A stretch of DNA of 63,449 bases, filler included, from Rhabdomonas costata (lineage: Eukaryota): assembly GCA_019059605.1 (NCBI GenBank). It is 57 parts of 57 records of this genome, joined end to end, with 100 filler letters (N's around TTAATTAATTAA, not from the genome) between each part and the next. Parts side by side here need not be neighbours in the genome. Positions count along the whole stretch, not along the records: positions 22,301 to 23,315 come from JAHMHO010033449.1; positions 23,416 to 24,430 come from JAHMHO010033450.1; positions 24,531 to 25,545 come from JAHMHO010033451.1; positions 25,646 to 26,660 come from JAHMHO010033452.1; positions 26,761 to 27,775 come from JAHMHO010033453.1; positions 27,876 to 28,890 come from JAHMHO010033454.1; positions 28,991 to 30,006 come from JAHMHO010033455.1; positions 30,107 to 31,121 come from JAHMHO010033456.1; 49 more parts are not named here. The stretch is one strand, 5' to 3'. Numbering within the stretch: the first letter of the stretch is position 1; every line of letters starts with the position of its first letter. Both the position numbers and the translations under genes were made by a program. This document shows, piece after piece, positions 23,250 to 36,996 of the stretch. Under the pieces are notes generated by a model that saw nothing but the letters and a program-made list of their open reading frames with translations, was not told the DNA's origin and ran no database searches.

Positions 23250-25665
23250 GTGCGTCTCCCTCATTCTCCTCGCGCCTATGCCTACTCCGGCTGCTTGGCA
23301 TTACCACCCACAACCNNNNNNNNNNNNNNNNNNNNNNNNNNNNNNNNNNNNNNNNNNNNTTAATTAATTAANNNNNNNNNNNNNNNNNNNNNNNNNNNNN
23401 NNNNNNNNNNNNNNNGGTGTGGTGTACTTGAGGAAACGGTTGCGAATCCAATTTCCAACAGAGCCATTATAATGTGGCCTGCAATACTCAAAATGTACTC
23501 TGGGCGTCCTGGTTGGCAGCACTTCTAACACGAACTTGTTCCCTGAAAGGGGTATTGGCCCATATTGGCCAGAATTGCACATATTTTCTTCCTGAAGAAA
23601 AATAAAAATGGCTCATTTTCTGTTATAAGGCGCAAGAAGCAGCAATTCCATTGTTGCGGTAATCAAGAGCGTCCATCGCGGTACTGCTGTGGACACCCTA
23701 TTCACTTTTTTGACGTAAGAGTTTAAGTGACACAATACCAACACTTTGTAAACCTCAGGGCAGGCTTTTGGGGAAAGCAGTTCCATTCCATTCCATTCCA
23801 TTCCACTCCACTCCATTGCATATCGGACAATATCAACAAGCTGGATGCAATTGACGCTGGTAGGGAAGGGGGGAGAATGACAATTTCCACGTTTGACTGC
23901 ACAGTGAATTTTGCAGTGAAAACATCGTATATTGTATAAAAAAGTCGTCGTCAATGGCACTCTCAGGCCACCTTCGTTCCCCTCGCCCCTGAACTAATGA
24001 TGTCCAACTTCTCCCAGCAACAGGCTAGTGCTAACCAGCATCAGTCTTGATGTACAAACCAAAAGCTAACCTCACCCCCACTAGCGCAACCTATTAGCAT
24101 CGGTTACCTAACCTTTTCGAGCTAAAAAAACCACAACAAATTTGGGCAAGGTTTCTGTCACGGTTGGTGTCCGTTACACCCTACCCCCACCCCCCAACCT
24201 ACGGCTGCGGTAAAACTTCTAAAACTTGACAACCCACACTTCCTCACCATTTCCAGAGCAGCCGCACGGACACATCGATGGTATATCCATGGTGATATTT
24301 CTGCAGTCGGGAAACAGAAACCAAACGCGCACACACCGGAGGTCGCTTCGAAGAACCGCCGCCCATTTTACAAAAACCACATTCAACAATGCAAGACTGT
24401 ACAAAAAAACAACCCAAACCCACCCACACANNNNNNNNNNNNNNNNNNNNNNNNNNNNNNNNNNNNNNNNNNNNTTAATTAATTAANNNNNNNNNNNNNN
24501 NNNNNNNNNNNNNNNNNNNNNNNNNNNNNNTAATATGCACAATGAGGAGAGTAGTAGCATTGTCAGGTGTGGCTATGCCAGGTGGGGGCTGCTTTAGTTT
24601 GCAATTGCCGACGCTGAATGGAGAATGTGTGGCCTGTCAAACCCCTCTACAATTAAGGATAACACAATACATCACAATACGCTCGGATAGCACTCTGGCC
24701 TAGGGGCCTCCGCATGTATCGGTCCGCGACCCTTGCTTTTTCCAGGTGGTTGACTTCTACCTCGCTGCTGCGGAATTCCAGGTTCCCAAGGTAGGCTCAC
24801 CCCTCACCCCACTCGCGAACGTGGTGTGTTCCCCTTCGCCGTAGTTCGCTGGAGTGGAAATAAAAATGTAGCCATGCTCCTTCAAGAATACTCACGGGAG
24901 TGCATCAAGAAGCGTAAAAACCTTCACACTGCCGAACTTGCAGAACAAGCCAAGCGCCTGAACCAATACGAAAGGTTACGGTGCATAGTTTGGATGAGCG
25001 GACACGGGCTATTATGACGCGTTGCTAGGACTAAGCAAATCTCAATTTCGGTGCTTAACATCTCTGGAAAGAAAGGGGGGGGGGGTCGAAAAATGAAAGG
25101 AAAACGAACTGAGATGGCCCTTTTTACCTTTACACCGTTCCCGCTTCGGTTTTCCTCATGTCTTCAACATTGGGTTTTTAAAATTCTCGCTTTAATTCTG
25201 TCCCATAATAATGGTGAGAATTTTAATGTCCGGGCCTCACGCCCACTTGAGGGATAGGGATAAGGAATGGGGGGGGGGGCGTTTGCCACTGGTCCCATTG
25301 CGTTCCACCAGGTACCCATTGCCAGAGTTCGGTGTTTGGGGCCTATTATCTAGCAGCATTCACCTACCTCTGACTTGCTTCTCTGTCGTTCTCTTGTTTC
25401 TCTTGTTTCTACCTCCCCTTCCTCCTTCGGCCCTATCCACCAAGCCCCCTCGCCAGGAAATGCGGCAGGGGGGTTCAGGAGAGGAGGGAGGGCCCAGCGG
25501 GCTTGGTGGATAGGGCCGAAGGAGGAAGGGGAGGTAAAAACACACNNNNNNNNNNNNNNNNNNNNNNNNNNNNNNNNNNNNNNNNNNNNTTAATTAATTA
25601 ANNNNNNNNNNNNNNNNNNNNNNNNNNNNNNNNNNNNNNNNNNNNTGTGGGGGGGGGTAGGGCGC

Positions 25666-25929
25666 CCATGTTCCCGGCGAGCACCACGGGGATCCTGCTG
25701 CCCACCCGGGCGTGCTGCTTCAGCGCGGTGCGGAACTGCGCGATGTTGGAGGTCTGCGCGCCGCCGAAGGAGCGCAGCTGGTCGTTGACCTGCAGCCCGG
25801 CCTGAGAGGCCGGGGCCCCGGGGTCCACACTGGCGATGTGCACGATGCTGGAGCCCGGGTTCTGCCGCACCACCATCCCAATGTAGGGCGCCGGGGTGCC
25901 CTGGGTGGCACCCCCTTCCCGTGGAGCAG
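25666..25929 (-). CDS. Exon encoding a PDZ domain; 3' end approximate
   Basis: PYIGMVV..IVHIASVDPGAPASQAGLQVNDQLRSFGG is a PDZ signature. Confidence 0.85.
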
Positions 25930-28900
25930 CTGTGGTTGCGTGTTTGAGGCGCACGTGTGAGCAGCAGAAGGATCAACAAAAGAAAAAGGAGAAGCGCAAA
26001 AATGAACAAACAGATGAGTTGGACACACAACAGGTTTTATGCACAAGATCAATCCGTTTTTGGTTTGTTGGCTTTAAATTATCCGCACATACAAGCTTGC
26101 ACATGCACACACAATCTATCAGTGATAAATACGTAACACCCTCCCAATTCCGGTTTGTGACAGGGACGTCCGCCCTGTGGCCTGTGGCGAGCTCAACCGA
26201 CAACCCCATAGACCCGCACTTCGTGGCACTTGGCATTTGAACAAGCACACTTTGTTCACTTACCTCACACCCCACACCGTTGTCGGCCTACGGTGCCTTG
26301 GGGCAAACACAAATCGATCTTTCCGCAGCTGATGTGAACGTGTCACAAGAAAACACCTCCTTAATGCCCTGGTCCTCTCTCCCCCTTCTGCCTCTTGGCC
26401 GCTGTTTTGCCCCTCTCACTCTCTCTTCATGACGTGGACCATAGCAAGTGCCCGGCTTTGCAGATAACAAGCCAGAGAGGGCGATTGCTTGAACATTGTA
26501 AGAATCCAGTGGGGAACCTGACCCCTCAGAAAAAATGCGCAATGTTTAGGTCACAGCCAGCTGGTAACCGTGGACTGAATGAGATGGACAGTCGAGTGCT
26601 AATTTTTCGGAGGTCGGCTGCGCTCTGCCCCGATATTCCAACCAACTAGCCCACACCACANNNNNNNNNNNNNNNNNNNNNNNNNNNNNNNNNNNNNNNN
26701 NNNNTTAATTAATTAANNNNNNNNNNNNNNNNNNNNNNNNNNNNNNNNNNNNNNNNNNNNGTGGTTTTTGACTGATTTCTTTTTACACGTGTGCCGGGAT
26801 GACTTTCGAGGCACACTGTGGAGAATCAGATGTCTGCTCGCGTTTTTCTTCTTGTGATGCACACAAAGTCGACTCAGAACTTCTTGCGTTGAATTGCCTT
26901 GTATTGCTTGTTTTGTGTCGGCTTTGTCAATGATTTTATTTTGCTTTATTTTGTTTCAGGATTTATGGTTCTGTTATGCATAGATTCTACAAGTGGTTCA
27001 AAGAAATGGTCCCAAGGGGACACACCGGAATGACATTCTGTCTGCGTGCTCTTCGAGATGGTCGGCCCCTGTTATCCTGTATGTTGGTTTTCGTGGTTGC
27101 ACTTGTTTTATACTCACACTGCGGTTGATCTGTGGCGTGTTTTTATCAAGCAGAATGAACCACTAAATCATCAAAATGGCGGTGCTGCTGAAATAGAACA
27201 ATCACTTCTGTCGAAAAGCTGAAAGAAGCGAGAGATACTGCCTTGAAGTTTGCGAAAACCCGTCATCATCTCTCCTATCTCCTGTTATAACTTGCACCCA
27301 CAAACAAAACTTGAAGTTCCTGACGGATGACGGCCATGTGTACACTACGTCCGATGACCACTATGCAACTGCCAGCTGACGTTGAACAGTTGTTGTCGTT
27401 TGTTTCTTTTTGAACCCAGCTTTCCGAACTTACGTGCTTTTGTAAAAGCACGTTAAGGTGCTTGCATTTTCTGTGCTTGTTTTTGCTTTTTCCGAAAGAT
27501 CTTAGTCAGAACGCGGCGTACCATTCTTCCTTTCTTGCTGCTCTGGGTCCTTTGGGCAGAACTGACCTAGTCTTACCACCATTGTGCGAGCATATTCTTG
27601 TTTAGTGGGACTTAAATTAAACTTTTTTAAATTAAACTTTTCCCACAACTAATGGCTCCACAGAGGCCCGACCGAACCGGAATGGGATCGGAAACGCACC
27701 CCTGACCTGGAAAGTAACAGCACGGTACACAAACCGCATCCTTGCGCCCCCACCACACCAATCACACCCAACTCANNNNNNNNNNNNNNNNNNNNNNNNN
27801 NNNNNNNNNNNNNNNNNNNTTAATTAATTAANNNNNNNNNNNNNNNNNNNNNNNNNNNNNNNNNNNNNNNNNNNNGGGTGTTGTGAATTTTGCTCGCGAT
27901 CGTCATTTTCTATATTGTCGTGGCTCTACCTATTTAGTATGTAGTAAATCATAGAAACAAGGGGTGTGAAATGGGGGGTGGGGCAACGAGTCCGACTTAG
28001 ACGCCCAGTCACATGGCTCCTATGAACCAACTCACTCTGTCCAGTGGTAGTGTGGGAATCGGCCCCCGCTCGCCCTGCTCAGCCCCCCAGGTTCATTTCC
28101 GCTGCATATGCACTCAGACGCCCACAGTGGGGTGGACGGGGGCGGCAATGAGTTTAGCAGGGGGGCAAAAACTACAAATAAAGCTCGCAGATTGATTAGG
28201 GGAGACGGACCCAAATGGGAAACAACGACATATCGCCCCCCTCCCTCCATAAAGGAGATCTGCAGTTAGTTCGGTTAGTGACGTTACAATAATGCCGTGG
28301 TTTCATTTCCCAGTGTCCAGTGGGGTTCGAAACAAGGCCAGAGCACATCCAATCATACAATCCCAGGTCTCCAACCCTGCAAAAGCAGACAGCGGCCCAA
28401 CAAGACCTCGGCCAGCCCAGTCACACGCCAGATCTATATACCAGCCCCCCGGTACCAACGCACACAACACCACGTGGGTTGGGAGCAGCGTGAAAAAAAG
28501 CCCCGTGACACACAAGAAGTCAGCGGGCATAACAAGCTGCGCACAAAAAGGCCACTCCTCCCAGGCGACCTCCCTCCTACGAAGGGAGGAAAAGACGAAG
28601 TACAACGGGCCCAAAAGAAACAAACGCACAAGCAAGTGCACAAGCGCTGGTAGCCGCGAGAGGACCGGAAAGAGGGGCTGGGAGTGGGGCGGGCGTGCGC
28701 TCAAAGGATGAACCAGTTGTCCCGGTTTGTGACACGAAGATGTGCGTCGCAAAATTTTTTCAAATTAGTCGAGAACGGCACCCATACCTGGGAGCTTCCC
28801 ACCACACAGTAGCTCAAAGAGACAGAAGGTCCAGAATGACGAGAGTAGGGGCGACGCCCGAGAAAGAAGAAGAACACCAGAAATAACCAANNNNNNNNNN

Positions 28901-30151
28901 NNNNNNNNNNNNNNNNNNNNNNNNNNNNNNNNNNTTAATTAATTAANNNNNNNNNNNNNNNNNNNNNNNNNNNNNNNNNNNNNNNNNNNNTGTTGGTATG
29001 TGTGTGTGCGTTGTGCTGTTGCCAGGTTGACTGGTTGCTTGGTTGTTGGTGACCACTGTGGACTGACTGGCGCACGCGCTGTTGGCCACGGGTGCTCGCG
29101 AGAGGTGCCGTTGGAGCGAACGGTGCCGTGGGGAACCGAAACCGGCTCACCGCCGAGCGTTCCACATCTGGTAACCTCCCTTCAGCCCCACGAGTCCCTG
29201 GCCTTTGTTGCGCAGCTGCTTTTTTCCAGTGGCTACCTGCATTGCTCCATTGCAGCTCAGGTCTGGTGATCTGTGTATGTGCGCGCGCGCGGGCCTGAGG
29301 AACGCAACTTCCTTTTTCTATTTCCTATTTCCTGTTTCCCGGCGGGAACCTCGCTTCCTTTGCCATGGTTTAAGTGTGTGCGTGTATGTGTGCAGGGCGC
29401 ATGGTGCGCCGACTGTTGTGGAATACCGCTTAACGCCCAACCCCCCCAACATTGTCCCCACAAAATAATGCTCACCTCTTCATCACATTGCCTCTTTGCC
29501 CCGATAAGAGACAATGCATTGAAGATGAGAAACCACAAGCGGTACCTCCCTCTGGACGCATTTCTCACACATGTCGAAGTCGCATCCGCTGCACCTCCAG
29601 CTCAGATCCGTGGGGCCATGGCTGGACCGGCAGACATCGCAGTACCACCCCGTGCATCCAATCGATGCTTTAGAAGGGCGAGACAGTGTATGGGAATGAT
29701 GGCGAGAGCGCCACTGATCCTGAACACGGGAAAAATCAGCGACCTCTCCATGTACGCAGCCGTTGTGAAATGATACGCTCGCGCGCTCACGGCGGTCATG
29801 AGTGGAATACCAACCCGACCCAACCTAACTTAGTCCAGAGAAACCCAAAGGCGGGAGTGCATTTACGGGCTCCCTGTATCAAGTGCATGATGCCCCCCCC
29901 GCCTGGTGTGCAGTATTTGTGAACTAGCGCTTTTATGGGTTGTTGCCAGTGGCACCCCGATGAAGAACGCAGGTGCTGCGCGTGTGGGTGAAGCCTTCAC
30001 AACCAANNNNNNNNNNNNNNNNNNNNNNNNNNNNNNNNNNNNNNNNNNNNTTAATTAATTAANNNNNNNNNNNNNNNNNNNNNNNNNNNNNNNNNNNNNN
30101 NNNNNNCGGGGTGTGGGCAGGAGTCACGCAGTGGTACAGTGGTACTGTTAC

Positions 30152-30353
30152 GCATGGAAAGCAAGGCGCACCGCAGTTGCTGTACTCGAAGGGGTCGCCG
30201 GGGGTGTAGCCGGAGGCCTGGAAGTGACACGTCGCCGATGGGGTCCAGTAGTCCGGGATGTTGAAGAACCCCGGGGCGCAAGAGATGGTCACCCCAGTGC
30301 AATCATTTCCCGCTGGGCAGTCCCCGATGTACCCCACGGGCGCCGGGGTGGCC
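30152..30353 (-). CDS. Exon of a cysteine-rich, probably extracellular protein
   Basis: GYIGDCPAGNDCTGVTISCAPGFF...CGAPCFPC; gtgcag|...|gtaaca. Confidence 0.6.
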
Positions 30354-32947
30354 CTGCACCGGATGTCTGTTGTGCAGCAAGCACACTACCACCAAAACTC
30401 GACTCAACGCAAAATGAACCGCGAACAGAGAGAGAGCCGAGAGGCGGTACAGAAAAAGCTCACGATGAGCCATAAAAATTCGATGCACCTGCTGGGGTGA
30501 AAGGGGTAAGCTTCTCCACAAGCGCAAATTCGCGGGCTAGCTGGTGGCCTGCAACATACAGAGTTTGGACTCCTTAATTTTTCTGTTCACGACTGGTAGC
30601 GCAGTGGTAGCGGCACACGCGTTCTCGGTTCACTTTTCAGAGAAGAGAAAGGTGATAGATGCGGGAAAGGGCAGACAAACGCGCACCCACATGGGGACGG
30701 GGGTGCTTGCACACTTTGTGTCAAATGGGAATGTCCACTGTCGCTGGGACCATTGTATTCAATGGGGAGGGGGTTAAACGTTATGCACTGCTACCCGTAC
30801 CGCGCAGCGGCAAGGCACTCCGCTGCGTAGCGCGCGGTTGAGTTGAAAAGCGCCTGGGGTGGGCTATACTCCGTTTGGCAGTGCTACACGACAGAAACGG
30901 TCACTGACGATACTACAAGGGGTTGGAAAAACTGTAAATGTAAAGGTAGGTAAGCCTCAAAATATAACTTTTACAAAATGGGGTTAGGAGAACCGTTTTC
31001 CTCCTACTAGACAGACAAGTCATTAGGAGTAACGCCCCCCCCTCAAGACGCACACAATGCATGCACAAGACATTGCTGTTGTGGAGGTCTATATGCCTCT
31101 TCCAGGCTTTGCAACAACACANNNNNNNNNNNNNNNNNNNNNNNNNNNNNNNNNNNNNNNNNNNNTTAATTAATTAANNNNNNNNNNNNNNNNNNNNNNN
31201 NNNNNNNNNNNNNNNNNNNNNAGGGCACCACTCAACCCACATGACAGGCAAATGGTTGAGGTGATTGGTTACCGGTGATGCCAACGTCACTCACACCCTG
31301 ACACCCGAACCATGCCCTCAATGTTGGTGGTTGTGGCGTCATAGTTACCGGTAGTGGTAGTGCATGCTGCCATTGCTCACACTCCGACACCAGAACCCTA
31401 ACACGATGGTTGCCTTGGTGGTTGCGTTGATGGTGGTTGTGTTGACCTAGTGCATCGTACGCTACGTCTCACCCTCCACACCCAACGCTACAACCCATGG
31501 TAGAGGTGATGTTGGTAGAGTGAGGTGAAGGGTTGGTGAAGGGCGTAGTGGCTGATGCTCACGCTACCTGCTGCTGTTGATGCTGCTACGACCAACACCC
31601 TCGTCACCACCACCACCATGCCAACACCCTCCCTACGAGTGTGGGTTAGAGTGAAGTTGATGCGTAAGGGCAACGCTCATGTAACGCTTACCCTACCATC
31701 AAAGCGTAACCTCCTACCATGTATCTTCACTCCGGCTACGCCCGGTCGGAACATGCACGTATGCACCTTAGGGTGGAGGAGTGCATGTGAAGAGACACGT
31801 ATAGAAGATGGTAGTTGAGGTGAGAGGACTGAGCGTACCACCTTATGGTGGGGAGCGAAGGACGTAAGGATGGCAAGATGGTCGTCACACTCGCTCCTTG
31901 CTGCGCAATGTCGCTCCTGTTCCTCCGACGTCACACTCGACTCTCACTTCGCTACGCTACGTTCGTGTCTCCTGTTACTCTAAGGGTATTATGTCTGTCG
32001 TCACTGCGTTCCTCCCTCCTAGTCGACATTCAACTCTCACTGCGTTCGTGTTTCATGTCTCCGGTTCGACTCTCACACTCGACTCTCGCGATGCTCGTGT
32101 CTCCTGTTCGTGTCTCCTAGGCTTCATCATGGTCGTTTCGTCAACCCCATCCACCCCATCCAACGAATACTATTCCCAACAAATACCTTTACCAAGTCAC
32201 CATCACCGAACCAGAGACCGATACCAAAACCAAAAANNNNNNNNNNNNNNNNNNNNNNNNNNNNNNNNNNNNNNNNNNNNTTAATTAATTAANNNNNNNN
32301 NNNNNNNNNNNNNNNNNNNNNNNNNNNNNNNNNNNNTTTGGTGATGCTTATACATCTTTAGTCATAAAACTGACTGTGCGTTTTGTTTGGGGGGGGGGGA
32401 GATTGGAAATGCTGGTGGGTGGATGTCTGCTCGCGGGCTGTCTTGCTTGTTTTGGGGCTCCTTTTGGGGTGTCAGAGTGCCGGCTGGAGCTCCTTGCGGG
32501 CTGCCTGGCCCACACCTCGGAGCACCTGAGCCTGGACCTCGGCCAGGATGCCGCCCACGCCGACGCCATTGTTGATCATGTGCAGGCCCTCTTGCTGCGG
32601 CTGGCGTCACAAAGTTAGTGGGGAGGGAGGAGCTTTTGCTCAGCTGTTTCACTGCGCCCCCCTTACGCATACTAAATGTACCATATGCCCTAAGAGGGTG
32701 ATGACATTTTAAGTCGCTGAGACTTGTCGCTTATGTGGTTTGGGAGTGAAAGTCGACAGTGGCGTGTGTGGGGGTGAGGGATATCTCTAGGGTGAGGGAC
32801 GCTAGGGTGAGCAGTCGAGTTTATTTGGCAGATTTATTGGGGCACTCCTTCAACAGATGGGCCCAAAATGGAAGTTATTTTAGGCGAAAGGGGTTAGGAT
32901 ACCTTGGCATGTGTGGGGGGGGGCGAACAGCAGGGAAGCTCAGGTCC

Positions 32948-33067
32948 GTCTCCACGCAGGGCATAGATGGCACCTGGGGACGCCTCAAAACCTTCTTGAG
33001 AGGACATGGCGGGGCCTCTGCTGACCATTTGGAAGCCTGTGCGAAAGAGTTCCAAATGGAAAACTAA
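32948..33067 (+). mobile_element. Merlin/IS1595 (ISXO2-like) DDE transposase C-terminal remnant
   Basis: VSTQGIDGTWGRLKTFLRGHGGASADHLEACAKEFQ resembles the family consensus VHTQxIExxWxxLK...HGxxxxHLxxYLxEF; no upstream catalytic motifs, so decayed. Confidence 0.65.
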
Positions 33068-36035
33068 CCACCCTGACAATGCTGACCCTTTCTTGGAACT
33101 TTTGCGCTGCATTCGTGACGGTTGTTTGGTGTAATTCCTCTGGGCCCATCTGCTAAAGGTGTGCCATTTATTAAATGTCAGCCTTTACAAGTGTGCCACA
33201 GTCTTCCATAGTCCTTTTTGTAAGCAAGCCTTGATTTGGACCACTTTTGTGATCCTGTATTACGCTGTTTTATCTCGCCGTATTTGTAGTGCAGAGCATT
33301 TGTTCTGGTCTTGGGCTGTTGGGCTGGAGCCTTCGCTCAATAACAACCAAGNNNNNNNNNNNNNNNNNNNNNNNNNNNNNNNNNNNNNNNNNNNNTTAAT
33401 TAATTAANNNNNNNNNNNNNNNNNNNNNNNNNNNNNNNNNNNNNNNNNNNNGGTTTTGTGTTCACTGTGCAACTGTTGCAGCTGCACGCCAGTGGTGACT
33501 TTCTACTTGTGTGCCACACCCGTTTTCTGCCCACAAGCTCTGTCTTGCTGTGTGGTCTGGGAACGACAAGTGAGTGCACGTTCCCACTCACCCAAGACCT
33601 CAGGTTATTGGAGCTCTCCTCTGATCGTATCCTTTGTATCTTAAGTTGTTGGTTAGTTTTTTTTTTGTGTTTGTCGCGAATTGTGTTTCGTGTGCCGAGG
33701 AGTGTGGAAATGCTTCCGTTGTCTCCGACCTCCGACTCCGTTATTCGAATTCTGAACAGAAATGATGTTCAACATGTTAAGCTACAGATTAAAGGAGCCA
33801 TTTTCTAAGCGCTTGCAGAACAAGCGATTTGATAACGTTTAACCCAACGTGCAACTGAAATTCGCATCATTGCTGATGCATAACCAGTGGGAAACTGTTT
33901 GCTTAGGACGCTTAACAGCGTCAGTCAAAAATGTGCGTGTATGTGTGTGTAAGTGTCAGGCCGCTTAACTGGAACGACATCGGCTTAGTCCCTGGTTGCG
34001 GATGTATGCGGAAGAATTCGGTTTCCTACTATTTTGTTGCTGTGTTGTTCTGCGCGCTGTTAGTGTCTATCTCTTGGGTGACCTTCAGCGCGATCATGTG
34101 TATCGCTCTTGTGATACCCCCCTTGCCGGTGCTTTCCACCTGAACGCCTCCCCTGGAGGTTGCTGGTGGCTTTCATAATATCGTACAGATCCTTTCCTCA
34201 ACTGGTTCTCTCTTTTTGTGTGTTCCTGCAGCCTTTTACTCCGCGTTTGGAGTGCGCGGCGAGAAGGCGGCAAGCGTTTTTTTGCTCGGGCATCGCCTGC
34301 TTTGTTGTGAAGGTTGTGTTTCGGTGAGGGAATGCGTATGTGTGGCTGTAATTGTAAAACTGCCGTTTGCTGGCAAGTCTGTAAAATATTGTCTCGAAAG
34401 TTCCCCCTCGCAAAGGGTCACTTCCTTTCCTGTACATTGCTTCATTGCCAGAACTCCCACACCCACNNNNNNNNNNNNNNNNNNNNNNNNNNNNNNNNNN
34501 NNNNNNNNNNTTAATTAATTAANNNNNNNNNNNNNNNNNNNNNNNNNNNNNNNNNNNNNNNNNNNNGTGTTGGAATTTTTCATCCTCCAGTGTGGTGCGT
34601 CAGTAGCAACCCAGCTAATTGAAAATTTCCAATGCCTCACCATTAAAATTGTTTTTGCATGTTTGCGTTCAAATTTTTTAGCCATGTTTTTTATGATAAT
34701 TTCCGCACAGCAAACTCCTGTCACTCAACGCGATTGCTACAACGTTGTTTTGTACCTTGGTTGGTGGTTTTTACACTAATTGATTTTGTAAAGAAAACGA
34801 TTCACATCCGTACTTTATTTTTGAGCAATTGCTCTTTTTCTGTGGTGTTTGCTTTTTTGTCTCACAGGAAACAAAGAGCAAAAGGGGGCGTATTTAGTAG
34901 AAACAAAACCTGCACATGATAAAAGCAGCATTGTGTGTCATGAACAGCTGGTTTTTGTCCCATGTCCACACACAAGAACTGTACAAATAGTTTCACGACT
35001 TTCCACGACAGTATCGTATCCTGCTCACATCCACCGCCTCAAGGCGTGGGCTCGAGACATTCACTGTCCCGCCTTCGCAGCTGCCCATGGCTGGTCTGTA
35101 ACACAGCTCGCATATCATTTGGCAAGAAGCCCATTGGCGCGCCATGCCTAATGAGCTCGCACCCAAAGGCGCTGTGCGTCTGGTAGCCATGCTTTTGAAG
35201 AAATCTCAGAGCCTGGAGGATGGAGTCCGGAAGGCCTCCAACACCACCTTCCAATTACCGCAGCAACTTCGACGCCCACTTTTACATTGCTCTGTCAGAC
35301 CCGACGGCGATGCGCAATGCTCTTGCCTGATGATGATGATGGTGGTGGTGGTGGTGGTGGTGGTGATAATGATGAGAATGAGGACGAAGATGGTTACTTT
35401 TTCTTGCAACTCACAACTTCGCACCAGTTGAGGATGGACAGAACCAAATCTGCCCGTGTCTTCGCGCAGGTTGTGCACCTGAAGAGTTCAACTTGTGTTG
35501 CTTCCCTTCATTTAGTGCCCGGAAACCAAGAAGGGAGAAGGGTGAGCACCAGGCTTTGCCCTGCCCGGCTCTTCCGGAGGTNNNNNNNNNNNNNNNNNNN
35601 NNNNNNNNNNNNNNNNNNNNNNNNNTTAATTAATTAANNNNNNNNNNNNNNNNNNNNNNNNNNNNNNNNNNNNNNNNNNNNGGGTGGTGGGGCGAAGCCA
35701 AGCCTCGGGTTTATTTTGTCTGCCTTCATCAAAAAATGCGCTGCGCCCTAAACGGACTTACCAGCACATTGGTTGTGCTTGCTTTTGGAACTGCTCTTTG
35801 GCCTTCTATCCCCTCACCCCTTCCACCCACACACCTTCCATTTGATGAGACACAGACAACATTCGGGGCGAAGACGGCTGAGGGGGGCGAAGGAGCAACG
35901 TGTGGGGGTTTCAATGGCTTCCGCACTGTTAATTCCAGGCTCCTATCCTTTTTCGGGAACAATTCATGCGAAAGTTGGGCGATTACGCCAACAAAGAAGC
36001 CAACAAAGAACGTTCGCGAGCACACTTTGCTCCAG

Positions 36036-36157
36036 AGGGTTGCTAGCGGCCGAAGAGGATGAGGTCGCGCTATGTGGTACCTGAGATGGTGACGGCCACA
36101 CAGAATGCACTGTGTGTGATACCCTGATGAAGGTGGAAGCTGATGCTCGTCGACACG
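36036..36157 (+). other. Exon-like segment encoding a CxxC zinc-finger motif interrupted by TGA
   Basis: ctccag|A...CACG|gtgagc; frame reads ALCGT*DGDGHTECTVCDTL. Confidence 0.45.
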
Positions 36158-36996
36158 GTGAGCACGTGTGAGTCAGTGCACTGGATTCAAATCGAAGCGT
36201 TGTGGGGGAAAGGAAGCGGGGATAGGGCTGCCCGCTCTCTTGAATTTCCATACTTTAAGCTGTGGACTGGCACCACACACAGCCTTGGGATACCCAGGGC
36301 GAGCCTTTTTTTCAGCACTTTAAGTTTTAGTAATTTTTATCGCAACTTTTTTGTGCAAAAACCAGAGGGTAGTTTCTTTTTGCAATTTGCAATTGCAAAA
36401 AAGACCCTCCATGACCCTACACTGAAGACGCACGCGAACCTCGACTTTATTTGCTGGCAGCCTTTTTCCATTGGCCATAGCGAGGCAGCGATACGCTGAG
36501 GTGTTGCGCGTGTGTATCTTCGTCACGTTTGCTGAACGCATTCTACATTTGCCACGCGTTTGATAGATGAGGGATCCTCGACCTTCCTCAAACCCTCTCC
36601 AGGTTCCCATGTGGCTGTTGATCGCAGTGCCTCGGGAGCTTTCTTATTGGTGGTTAACCTGGCTGGCAGGGTGAGGGCAGGAGAAATCAACTGTNNNNNN
36701 NNNNNNNNNNNNNNNNNNNNNNNNNNNNNNNNNNNNNNTTAATTAATTAANNNNNNNNNNNNNNNNNNNNNNNNNNNNNNNNNNNNNNNNNNNNGTTGTA
36801 GATTTCCACACAGATCGTTCGGAGGGAAGCAGCAATCCCTCCACCTATTCGTGGATCATCTCTGCTACCTGACTGTCCCCTTCCGCCTGTGTGCCACTGA
36901 TTGGGGCCTGGTTTTGTTAAACCTGCGACCAGCAGCCACCTGGCCTCCATCACCCCTGCTTGCTCAGTGCGTATACAAGACTCCTCTCCCTCGCAG

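Noticed and set aside
23783-23818. (CCATT)n run like human satellite III contamination
   Set aside because: Only about seven degenerate units within otherwise unique sequence
35329-35392. GAT/GGT trinucleotide tract giving DDDDGGGG or MMMVVVV ORFs
   Set aside because: Simple repeat with no supporting coding context
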